A stretch of DNA of 64,000 bases from an uncultured Chloroflexia bacterium. Its GTDB lineage: Bacteria > Chloroflexota > Limnocylindria > Limnocylindrales > CSP1-4. Below are positions 41,582 through 50,028 of this stretch, one piece after another. The notes under the pieces were generated by a model. The model was not told the origin of the DNA, searched no databases, and saw only the letters and a list, made by a program, of their open reading frames with translations. The translations under genes and the position numbers were made by a program. Within the stretch, counting starts at the first letter, position 1. The number at the start of each line of letters is the position of its first letter. Location of the stretch: NCBI GenBank assembly GCA_963819655.1, contig CAWFXA010000003.1, positions 864,001 to 928,000 on the forward strand, read 5' to 3'.

Positions 41582-43161
41582 CGGTCGCTCCGCGCTCGCG
41601 ACGCCACCAGCTCGGCGACGGCGTCCTTGAAGGCACGCCCGCGGGCGGCGTAGTCCGGGAACATGTCGAAGCTCGCGGCGGCGGGGCTCAACAGGACGGT
41701 CGCCGGCCCGGCATCGCGTCCGGCGGATGCGAGTGCGGCGCGGGCGAGGCCGTCGGCGCGGGTGACTGCCTCGGCCAGTGTCGTGGCCCGCTCCGTGCTG
41801 GCCAGCCCGGCGCCTCGGAATCGCACCGCGAGGTCGGGGCCGCTCTCGCCGATGAGCACGGCGGCGACCGCCCGCTCGGCAACGACCGGGCCGAGCTCCG
41901 AGAGGTCGACACCCTTGTCGCGGCCGCCGGCGATCAGCACGACCGGCGCCGGGAATGCGCGGAGTGCGGCGATGACCGCGTCGGGCTGCGTGCCCTGCGA
42001 GTCGTTCACGAATCGAACGCCGTCGACGAGCGCAACCGTCTCGAGCCGGTGCTCGACGCCGGTGAACGCCGCCGCCGCCTCGCGGATGGCCTCGCGCGGG
42101 ATGCCGAACAGCAGACCGACGGCGATCGCGGCGAGCGCGTTCGAGACGTTGTGGGCGCCCGGGATGCCGAGCTCGTCGACCGGCATGATCCGATCCAGCA
42201 CGCCGGCCGCGGCGCCGATCGCAGCCGCCGACGGCGCGATCGGCCCGTCCCCTGCGATCGACAGTCGCTCGACGCCGTCCGCGACGATCCATCCGTCGAC
42301 CACGCCGAGACCACCGGGCGCTGGTGCCGAGCGCCGATACGTCACGACCGGCGCCGGACTCGATGACCCGTAGCCCGCGACGATCGGGTCCTCCGCGTTG
42401 AGGACGAGCGCTCCGTCGGGATCGACCCGCTCGGCGAGGATGCGCTTGACCCGTCGGTATGCCTCGAGCGAGCCGTGCCGGTCGAGGTGGTCCGAGGTGA
42501 CGTTCGTGTAGACGGCCACCGTCGTGCCGCGCGTCAGGGTCGGCAGCTGCAGCTCGGACAGCTCGTAGACGACGCGGTGGTCGGTCGTCAGCTCGGGCAG
42601 GCGCTCGACGATCGGGACGCCGATGTTGCCCCCGAGCACGGCCGGGTGTGCGGGATCCGCGGCAAGGATCGCGGCGGTCAGCGAGGCCGTCGTGGTCTTG
42701 CCCTTCGTGCCGGTCACACCGACCGTCGGGGCGACGCACAGCCGCAGGAACAGGTCCGGTTCGGACATCAACGCAGGCACCGACGGATCGCCGGCGGCTC
42801 GGGCCGTGACGAGGGCCTGAAGCGCGGCACGGAGTCGCGGCTCGGTCGTCGGGTAATCCGGGTTGATCGATGGCGAGGTCGTCACGAGCTGGGCATCCGC
42901 CCACGTCGTGGCCGGGTCGACGTCCGCGCCCAGCGCGAGCGTGACGGCGCGCGTTTCGAGGGCGGCGATCGCATCCCGGAGCTCGCTCGCGGGCCGGCCG
43001 TCGTACACGGTGACGCGTGCGCCGGTATCGGCCAGGAAGCGCGCCAGCGCGATGCCGCTCCGGGCCAACCCGAGCACCGTCACAGGCACGTCGTCGAGGA
43101 GGCCGCCGCGGATCGAATCCATGGTCAGCGCGTCCGGGTCGAGCGCGAGTCGGCGGGTCAT
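41578..43161 (-). CDS. murD: UDP-MurNAc-L-Ala--D-glutamate ligase
   Basis: VLGLARSG, GVTGTKGKTTT, GGNIG, DHLDRH, GVEHRLE, LSPAAASFDMF. Confidence 0.93.
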   Translation of the reverse strand: MTRRLALDPDALTMDSIRGGLLDDVPVTVLGLARSGIALARFLADTGARVTVYDGRPASELRDAIAALETRAVTLALGADVDPATTWADAQLVTTSPSINPDYPTTEPRLRAALQALVTARAAGDPSVPALMSEPDLFLRLCVAPTVGVTGTKGKTTTASLTAAILAADPAHPAVLGGNIGVPIVERLPELTTDHRVVYELSELQLPTLTRGTTVAVYTNVTSDHLDRHGSLEAYRRVKRILAERVDPDGALVLNAEDPIVAGYGSSSPAPVVTYRRSAPAPGGLGVVDGWIVADGVERLSIAGDGPIAPSAAAIGAAAGVLDRIMPVDELGIPGAHNVSNALAAIAVGLLFGIPREAIREAAAAFTGVEHRLETVALVDGVRFVNDSQGTQPDAVIAALRAFPAPVVLIAGGRDKGVDLSELGPVVAERAVAAVLIGESGPDLAVRFRGAGLASTERATTLAEAVTRADGLARAALASAGRDAGPATVLLSPAAASFDMFPDYAARGRAFKDAVAELVASRARSDR

Positions 43162-43172
43162 CACCGCGGCAC

Positions 43173-44162
43173 TCAGAGGAACCGGCCGGGCTGGGTGGCC
43201 ACGAACAGCGTCACGCCGAGCAAGGCCGCGAGGATGCCGACGATCCAGAAGCGGATCGTGATCTTCTCCTCGTCCCAGCCCCCGAGCTCGAAGTGATGGT
43301 GGATCGGGCTCATGCGGAACAGCCGCTTCCCGCCGGTCAACCGGAAATACACGACCTGCAGGATCACGGAGCCCGTCTCGAGCACGAAGATGATCCCGAT
43401 GAGCGGCAGGACGAGGATCTGGCCGGTGATGAGCGCGGTGACGGCCAGCGTGGCCCCCAACGACAAGGCGCCCGAATCGCCGATGAAGATCTGGGCTGGG
43501 TGGACGTTGAACCACAGGAAGCCCAGCAGCGCGCCGATGATCAACGAGCACAGAAGCGCGAGATTGGGCTGCGCCGGGTCGTTGAGCAGCGCGATGAGCA
43601 TGTACGCGACGAAGGCGATGGCGACGGTGCCACCCGACAGCCCGTCGAGTCCGTCCGTGAGGTTCACACCGTTGGCCGCGGCGATGATCGCGAAGGCGCC
43701 GAACAAAACGTAGAGCCACGGCTCCACCTCGACCGGACCCACGAAGGGAACGGGGATGGCGGTGATCACGTAGGTCTGCTGGATCTGCCAGGCCGCAACG
43801 AACGCGACGACCGTCAGCCAGATGAGCTTCTGCCGCGCCTTGATCCCCTCTCCGGTCCGCGCGTTCAGGTAATCGTCGAACGCACCGAGTGCACCGACGC
43901 CGGCCAGCGCCGCGAGCGGGGCGAACGTCGCAGCGTCGGGCTGTTGGAGGAAGAAGTAGATGCCGAGGACCACCACGACGATGAGCAACCCGCCCATCGT
44001 CGGCGTCCCTTCCTTCACGAAATGGCTCTCAGGCCCTTCCTGGCGGATCCTCTTGCCGAAGCCGATCGCATGCAACAGCCGGATGTACGGCGGCATGAGG
44101 ATCACGATCAGCGCGAACGCGAGCAGGAGACCCTGGATGAGCTCGACGGTCCCGACGGTCAT
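43173..44162 (-). CDS. mraY: phospho-N-acetylmuramoyl-pentapeptide transferase
   Basis: KEGTPTMGG, NLTDGLDGL, PAQIFIGDSG, PIHHHFE. Confidence 0.96.
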   Translation of the reverse strand: MTVGTVELIQGLLLAFALIVILMPPYIRLLHAIGFGKRIRQEGPESHFVKEGTPTMGGLLIVVVVLGIYFFLQQPDAATFAPLAALAGVGALGAFDDYLNARTGEGIKARQKLIWLTVVAFVAAWQIQQTYVITAIPVPFVGPVEVEPWLYVLFGAFAIIAAANGVNLTDGLDGLSGGTVAIAFVAYMLIALLNDPAQPNLALLCSLIIGALLGFLWFNVHPAQIFIGDSGALSLGATLAVTALITGQILVLPLIGIIFVLETGSVILQVVYFRLTGGKRLFRMSPIHHHFELGGWDEEKITIRFWIVGILAALLGVTLFVATQPGRFL

Positions 44163-45622
44163 CGGGCCACCTCACCGAGCTCGAGACGCAACGCGTCGAC
44201 CAGCCGGTCGAGCCCGATCCCCCGCGAGGCCTTGACGAGGACCATGTCGCCGTCGCGTAGCCGCGGCCTGAGGACGTCCAGCGCCTGGTCGGCGTCCGGC
44301 ACGACGTGGATCCTGCTCGGGTCGAGACCGGCGTCCTGCGCTCCGGCCGCGATGCCACCGGCCCCGGACCCGACGACCACCAGCAGCTCTGCGATCGCCG
44401 CGGCCGCCTCACCGACCGCCCGGTGTCCAGCGTCGTGCGCATCGCCGAGCTCGAGCATCTCGCCGAGGACTGCCACCCGACGTCCCGGCAGTCCCGCCAG
44501 CAGGTCGAGGGCCGCAATGACCGACCCCGGCGATGCGTTGTAGCTGTCGTCGATCACGGTCACGCCGCGCAGCCGAACGAGCTCCACCCGGTGCGGGGCC
44601 GCCCAGCCGCCTTCGAGCGCGGCCACGATCGAGTCGAGATCCAGACCCGCCGCCAGCCCGACGGCGGCGGCAGCAGCCGCGTTGTGGACCGACAGCCGGC
44701 CGAGCGTCGGGATCCGGACTGCCCGCTCGCCGGCCGGTGTCCGTAGCCGAAACGCCATGCCAGCCGAGCCACGCGTGGTCACGTCCGTGGCGCGAACATC
44801 GGCCGTGTCATCGAAGCCGTAGCGCACGGCCCGGGCGGCGCTGCGCCGATCCATGCGCGTGACGATGGGGTCGTCCGCGTTGAGCACCGCGGTCCCGTCC
44901 GCCGGCAAGGCCTCGAGCAGCTCGCCCTTGGCACGCTCCACGGCCTCGAGCGTGCCGATGCGCGACAGGTGGACCGGTTGCACCGCGGTCACGACGCCGA
45001 TCGACGGCCGCGCCATCGCGGCCAGGTCGGCGATCTCACCGGACACGTACATGCCCATTTCGAGGACCGCCGCGTCGTCGTCAGGCCCGAGCCGCAGCAG
45101 CGTGAGCGGCAGGCCGACCTCGTTGTTCTGGTTGCCCTCGGTCCTGAGGGTCCGCATCGCGCTCCCGAGGACGGCCGCGACCGCCTCCTTGGTCGAGGTC
45201 TTGGCGATGCTTCCCGTGATCCCGACGACAAGCGGATCGAACCGTCGCCGCCAGCCGGCCGCGACCGCACCGAGCGCGACCAGGGCGTCGGCGACGCGGA
45301 CGATCGTGACGTCCCCGAACACCGCCGGGTCCTCGACCTGGCGGGTCACGAGCAATGCCGCCGCACCGCGCGCGACGGCATCGTCGAGGTGGAGATGGCC
45401 GTCGGTCCGTTCACCCGGCAGGGCCACGAACAGCTGATCGGGGGTCACGAGGCGGGAGTCGACCGCGGCACCGCGGATCGGCCGAGCCGAGCGGGCGAGA
45501 AGCCGGCCGCCGGTCAGCCGCACGAGGTCGTCGGCGGTCAGGGCGAGCGCGGTGTCGGGCGGCGTCGGGACCGACGGGTCGACGTCGCTCACGGCGGCCA
45601 GTGTCGCACGGGGCCCACTCAC
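44159..45622 (-). CDS. murF: UDP-MurNAc-tripeptide--D-Ala-D-Ala ligase
   Basis: DSR, GERTDGH, GITGSIAKTSTKE, NNEVGLP, DDSYNASP, VKASRG. Confidence 0.95.
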   Translation of the reverse strand: MSGPRATLAAVSDVDPSVPTPPDTALALTADDLVRLTGGRLLARSARPIRGAAVDSRLVTPDQLFVALPGERTDGHLHLDDAVARGAAALLVTRQVEDPAVFGDVTIVRVADALVALGAVAAGWRRRFDPLVVGITGSIAKTSTKEAVAAVLGSAMRTLRTEGNQNNEVGLPLTLLRLGPDDDAAVLEMGMYVSGEIADLAAMARPSIGVVTAVQPVHLSRIGTLEAVERAKGELLEALPADGTAVLNADDPIVTRMDRRSAARAVRYGFDDTADVRATDVTTRGSAGMAFRLRTPAGERAVRIPTLGRLSVHNAAAAAAVGLAAGLDLDSIVAALEGGWAAPHRVELVRLRGVTVIDDSYNASPGSVIAALDLLAGLPGRRVAVLGEMLELGDAHDAGHRAVGEAAAAIAELLVVVGSGAGGIAAGAQDAGLDPSRIHVVPDADQALDVLRPRLRDGDMVLVKASRGIGLDRLVDALRLELGEVAR

Positions 45623-47454
45623 CGGTCCGTCGCGGGAACGGGCTCGGCCACGATCCGGTCGTCCAGCAGGTCGGGCGTCCTGATCGCGTCGGTCGCGATC
45701 CGCCGGAACAGCTCAAAGGACATCACGGGCATCTCCAGGTGACCGAGGCGCGGCAGTCGCGGCCGGCCCTCCTCGATACGGACCGCGATCACGAGATCCG
45801 GTGCGCCGGCCTCGCGACTGATGTATCCGACGAACGAGAAGTTGAAGAGGTTGTGCTTCCAGTCCTTGGTCTTGGGATCCCAGATCTGGGCGGTGCCGGT
45901 CTTGCCACCCACGTGGTAGCCGGGCACCAGCGTCCGGTCGCGGTAATACGACACCTCCTGGACGACGTGATCCATCATCCGCAGGAGGGTCCGCGAGATC
46001 TTCTCGGGGACGACGCGACCCCGGTCTGACGCGGTCACGTCGCGCGACCCGACGCCGCTCACGACATGCGGTTGGACGAGCGTCCCGCCGTTGACGAGGG
46101 CGGCATACGCCGTAGCCAGCTGCATCGGCGTCACCGCGACGCCTTGGCCGAACGCCCCGTTGGCCAGATCGATCTCGCTCCACCGCGTGACCGCCGGGTC
46201 GCGGACGTAGGCGCTGGCAGACGCCTCGCCGGCGACATCGATGCCGGTCTTCTCGCCGAACCCGAGCTTGCGCCACGTGTCGTACAGCATCGCGGCCGAC
46301 TCGTTGGTCGTGTCGCCGAGGTCGAGGGCGACCTTCGCCGCGACGACATTCCGCGAATACGCGATGCCGTCCTCGAACGTGATCCAGCCCATCCCCCGGT
46401 GATCGGCGTTGTCGATCTTCGACTGCCCGTTGTCGAGACGCAGCGTGCCGACGTCCTTGATGCGGGTCGTCCGCGTGACGGTCCCCGACTCCAGGGCGGT
46501 CACCGCGGTCATCATCTTGAACACGGAACCCGGCTCGTACACGCTCGACACGACCGGGTCGATGAACCGACTGGGCGCCTCGGCGGCGATGGCGCGGTAG
46601 TCGTTCGCGTCGTACGACGGGTAGGTCGCCTCTGCGTAGACGGCGCCGGTGTACGGGTCGAGGACGACCGCCGACACGCTCTTCGCCTCATCGGCGATCC
46701 AGGCGGCGAGCAGCTCCTGCTCGAGGGCCAGCTGGAGGCTCGCGTCGACCGTGAGACGGATGTCCTCGCCGATCGATCCGGGCGCCTCGACCACGGCCGT
46801 CTCGGGCATCGGCCGCCCATTCACGTCGCGCTGGGCGACCATGATGCGCGGGTTGCCGGCGAGGGTCTCCTGGTAGGCCTGCTCGATGCCGTACTGGCCG
46901 TTGTTCTCGCGGTTGACGAACCCGAGCAGATGGGCAGCCAGGGTTGACTCGGGCCCGCCGCCCGATTGCGGATAGACCCGCTCCGGCTCCGCCTCGAGCG
47001 CGACGTGGACGATCCGCTCGTCGCGCAGCGCCTGTCGGATGCGCTCGGCCACGGACGGCTCGATGCCCCGGGCGATGACGATGTACGGCCGTTCCGATGC
47101 CAGCTTCTCGCGCAGCGTCGCGGCCTCGGCTTCCTCGAGCTTGAGGAGGCGGACGAGCTCGTTGCCGGTCTTCGTCCGTGCCGCCGGATCGCGAGCGAGC
47201 TGGTCCGCCGCCGCGACCAGGCGGTCCCGATCGATCGTGGTGGCAAGCAGGACGGTCCCGGTCCGGTCGTAGATGTCGCCCCGCCGGCCCGCGACCTCCA
47301 TCCTCACCATCGTCTGCGCCGCAGCGCGCGCCATCAGGAAATCCCCGTTCAGGACCTGCCAGTACGCGGTCCGCGCGAACAGCGCCAGCGAGCCGACGAC
47401 GAAGACCGTCAGCAGGACGAGGAGACGGCGGCGGGAATCGGTGCGGCCCAGCAT
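45619..47454 (-). CDS. ftsI: class B penicillin-binding protein FtsI
   Basis: RGDIYDRTG; active-site motifs YEPGSVFK (SxxK), SRN (SxN) and KTGT. Confidence 0.93.
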   Translation of the reverse strand: MLGRTDSRRRLLVLLTVFVVGSLALFARTAYWQVLNGDFLMARAAAQTMVRMEVAGRRGDIYDRTGTVLLATTIDRDRLVAAADQLARDPAARTKTGNELVRLLKLEEAEAATLREKLASERPYIVIARGIEPSVAERIRQALRDERIVHVALEAEPERVYPQSGGGPESTLAAHLLGFVNRENNGQYGIEQAYQETLAGNPRIMVAQRDVNGRPMPETAVVEAPGSIGEDIRLTVDASLQLALEQELLAAWIADEAKSVSAVVLDPYTGAVYAEATYPSYDANDYRAIAAEAPSRFIDPVVSSVYEPGSVFKMMTAVTALESGTVTRTTRIKDVGTLRLDNGQSKIDNADHRGMGWITFEDGIAYSRNVVAAKVALDLGDTTNESAAMLYDTWRKLGFGEKTGIDVAGEASASAYVRDPAVTRWSEIDLANGAFGQGVAVTPMQLATAYAALVNGGTLVQPHVVSGVGSRDVTASDRGRVVPEKISRTLLRMMDHVVQEVSYYRDRTLVPGYHVGGKTGTAQIWDPKTKDWKHNLFNFSFVGYISREAGAPDLVIAVRIEEGRPRLPRLGHLEMPVMSFELFRRIATDAIRTPDLLDDRIVAEPVPATDR

Positions 47455-47473
47455 CGCTCGTTGGCTCCGACGA

Positions 47474-47857
47474 TCAGCGAGCCGGAAGCAGGACGGTCTC
47501 GCCCAGCTGGCCGAGGCCTGCGTCGAGTGCGAGCTTGCGGACGGCCGGCTCGCGACCCAGCCGGCTCAGGTCCGACGTGATCTCCTGGAGTCGCGCATCG
47601 AGGCGTTCGCGCTCGACCTGCAGCCGGCCGATGTCGTAGCTCGTGGCCGACACCCGGACCTGCTGGGCAAGGGAGAAGAACGCGAGCATGAATGCGACGA
47701 CGATCAAACCCAGCATCAGACCGGGGCGAGCCGTGGCCGTCCGATGGGCACGGACCGCAGCGCGGGCACGCCGCCGAGGCAACGACGGCGACTCGATGAG
47801 TCGCGGGCGTCGCGGCAGCGCGATGGTGCGGGGGCGTGCGCCCTCGTAGACGGCCAT
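47474..47857 (-). CDS. ftsL: cell division protein FtsL-like
   Basis: One TM followed by a coiled coil and ALDAGL; immediately upstream of ftsI. Confidence 0.75.
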   Translation of the reverse strand: MAVYEGARPRTIALPRRPRLIESPSLPRRRARAAVRAHRTATARPGLMLGLIVVAFMLAFFSLAQQVRVSATSYDIGRLQVERERLDARLQEITSDLSRLGREPAVRKLALDAGLGQLGETVLLPAR

Positions 47858-47860
47858 CGA

Positions 47861-48058
47861 TCAGTCGGCCGGTGCGAAGCGGAACCGCGGCGCACGCGGA
47901 TCGAGGAACGACAGTGGGTCGGCGGGAGCACCGGAGCCCCATTGCTCGAGGTCGAGCGCGGACGCGTCGACATGCTGCCCACGATCGTGGCGTTCGCGGA
48001 CCTCGTGCTGGCGGCGGCCGTAGGCCTTGCGCCGACTGGTGTGGTGACGCTTGCTCAT
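47861..48058 (-). CDS. hypothetical small protein (65 aa) inside the dcw operon
   Basis: Strong SD AAGGAGG ahead of the ATG; the stop is 3 nt before the ftsL ATG. Confidence 0.7.
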   Translation of the reverse strand: MSKRHHTSRRKAYGRRQHEVRERHDRGQHVDASALDLEQWGSGAPADPLSFLDPRAPRFRFAPAD

Positions 48059-48091
48059 GGGAGCCCCTCCTTCCGTCGTGATGGCTTGGGC

Positions 48092-49039
48092 CTAGGCGGC
48101 CAGTCGCTCGGCGGCCCGCAGACGGGCGCTCCGGGCGCGTGGATTGGCCTCGATCTCCGACGCGGTCGGGGTCACCGACCGGCGCGTCAGGAGTCGGAGG
48201 CGGGGATTCCGGCCGCACACGCAGACCGGGAGCTCGGGTGGACAGACGCAGCCCCGCCGCTCGGCGGCGAAGAAGCGCTTGACGATCCTGTCCTCGAGGG
48301 AGTGGTAGCTGAGGACGACCAGGCGACCACCCGGACGGAGCAGGTCGACCGCAGCGGCCAGGCCTTCCTGGAGCGCGTCGAGCTCCTCATTGACAGCGAT
48401 CCGGAGCGCCTGGAACACGCGCGTCGCGGGGTGGGTCCGCCGCCGCTGGCGTGGATTCGGCGGTGACACCCGCTCGACGAGCGCAGCCAGCTCTTCGGCG
48501 GTGGCGACCGGCGCCGTGCGCCGTGCGTCGACGATCGCACGCGCGATGCGACCGGCCTTCGGCTCCTCGCCGTAGCGGCGGAAGAGTGCGGTCAGCTCGT
48601 TCGCGTCGAGCGTGGTCAGGAGCTCGGCCGCCGGCACGCCGCGCGAGGCATCGAAGCGCATGTCGAGCGGGCCCCCGGCCCGAAACCCGAAGCCGCGCTC
48701 CGTGTCGGCGAGCTGGTAGCTCGACAGGCCGAGATCGAACAGGGCACCGTCGACGGCGCCGAAACCGGCGTCGCGCGCGACAGCGCCGATGTCGCGGAAG
48801 TTCGACTGGCGCAGGACGAGGCGGTCCCCGAAACGGGGGCGGAGGCGACCGTCCACTCTGGCGATGGCCGCCCCATCGGCATCGATGCCGAGGAGGCGGC
48901 CATCAGGGTCGGTCGCCTCCAGGATCCGCTCGGTGTGCCCACCGCCGCCGAGGGTGGCATCGATCTGGAGGCTCCCCGGCGCAGGCGCGAGCATCGACAT
49001 GACCTCCTCTGCCAGCACCGGGATGTGCCCTGCCTCCAT
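48092..49039 (-). CDS. rsmH: 16S rRNA (cytosine(1402)-N4)-methyltransferase
   Basis: HIPVL, DATLGGGGH, DLGLSSYQL, PLDMR, FQALRIAVN, HSLEDR, NPRARSA. Confidence 0.96.
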   Translation of the reverse strand: MEAGHIPVLAEEVMSMLAPAPGSLQIDATLGGGGHTERILEATDPDGRLLGIDADGAAIARVDGRLRPRFGDRLVLRQSNFRDIGAVARDAGFGAVDGALFDLGLSSYQLADTERGFGFRAGGPLDMRFDASRGVPAAELLTTLDANELTALFRRYGEEPKAGRIARAIVDARRTAPVATAEELAALVERVSPPNPRQRRRTHPATRVFQALRIAVNEELDALQEGLAAAVDLLRPGGRLVVLSYHSLEDRIVKRFFAAERRGCVCPPELPVCVCGRNPRLRLLTRRSVTPTASEIEANPRARSARLRAAERLAA

Positions 49040-49100
49040 CTCTCCTCCACTCCTCGTCGATCGGATCCCGAGCGGACCCTGGAAGCGCATGTGGTGTGAG

Positions 49101-49529
49101 CTAGATCCCGAGGCCCTGGAAGGCCTCGGCCAGCTCGTCCGGGTCTTCGAGGCCCTGGGCGTACGTCGCCCAGGTCGACGGGACCCAGATCTCGGCGTGG
49201 TCGCGCGAGCCGACGACCACGGACTCATTGCCCAGATCGATGTGCTCGCGCAGGTAGGCCGGTAGCAGGATCCGGCCTTGGCGATCCAGGTCGACCTCCG
49301 CGGCGCCCGCGAAGATCAGGCGCTGGAAACGGCGGGCGTTCTGGTCGGTGATGGGCAGCGCCGCGACCTTCGCCGCGAGCGCGTCCCACCCCTGCTGGGT
49401 GTGGATCGCCAGGCAGGCGTCGAGCCAGCGCGAGACGACCGCGCCAGCTCCGAGCTGGGCGCGGAACTTCGCGGGGACGGCGATCCGTCCCTTGTCGTCC
49501 ACCGTGTGCCGGTACTCGCCGGTGAACAC
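49101..49529 (-). CDS. mraZ: division/cell wall cluster repressor MraZ
   Basis: MFTGEYRHTVDDKGR, DRQGRILLP, EIW. Confidence 0.96.
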   Translation of the reverse strand: MFTGEYRHTVDDKGRIAVPAKFRAQLGAGAVVSRWLDACLAIHTQQGWDALAAKVAALPITDQNARRFQRLIFAGAAEVDLDRQGRILLPAYLREHIDLGNESVVVGSRDHAEIWVPSTWATYAQGLEDPDELAEAFQGLGI

Positions 49530-49610
49530 CCGTAGGGGGCTCCTTGGACTGCCTGAGCTGGTCCGCTGGGTTCGAGGTCTCGACCTATCTCACGTGCCCT
49601 GGCCGCTGCT

Positions 49611-49638
49611 CCCCACTTCCCACCACTTTGGACCACTT
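49611..49638 (-). promoter_or_regulatory. MraZ-binding direct repeats (dcw box)
   Basis: AAGTGG three times at 10-nt period (GAAGTGGTCC AAAGTGGTGG GAAGTGGGGA), just downstream of the promoter; resembles known GTGG-type MraZ operators. Confidence 0.8.
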
Positions 49639-49644
49639 CGGCGC

Positions 49645-49673
49645 ATCGTACGGCGCGATCCGGCCCGCGTCAA
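49645..49673 (-). promoter_or_regulatory. sigma-70 promoter of the dcw operon
   Basis: TTGACG-17 nt-TACGAT. Confidence 0.8.
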
Positions 49674-50028
49674 TGCACAAATAGGTGATCGGCGTTCAGG
49701 CTGAACGCGTGGAGCGTCGCGATCGAGGACGGCAGGATCGGGGTGGCGTCGCCCAGCAAGCGACATCGCTGGGCCGAGGGGCCGGGCTAAAGGGCCACAG
49801 CCACCTTTGCCGCCTGGCAGGCGACGCCTTGCCCCCGTGGAGTTCGGCACGCCGGCTCCCGGTCTCCTCGGCCACGTGCCGTCGTGTGGCAGGCGACGCC
49901 GCGGGTCGTTCGGGGTTTGCCTTGGGCTCGTCGACCCGTTTGGTCGCCTTGCACACGACAACCACTGGTCACGTCCGGGCGTCGCCCAGGGCCGTCTTCA
50001 GGCCTACCCCGCTCCTCGACCCGCTCGA

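Noticed and set aside
49696-49965. 89-aa ORF upstream of mraZ
   Set aside because: No RBS and no motif; overlaps repeat and structure elements.
49990-50005. Hammerhead core CUGAAGA on the minus strand
   Set aside because: No stem II followed by GAAA downstream.
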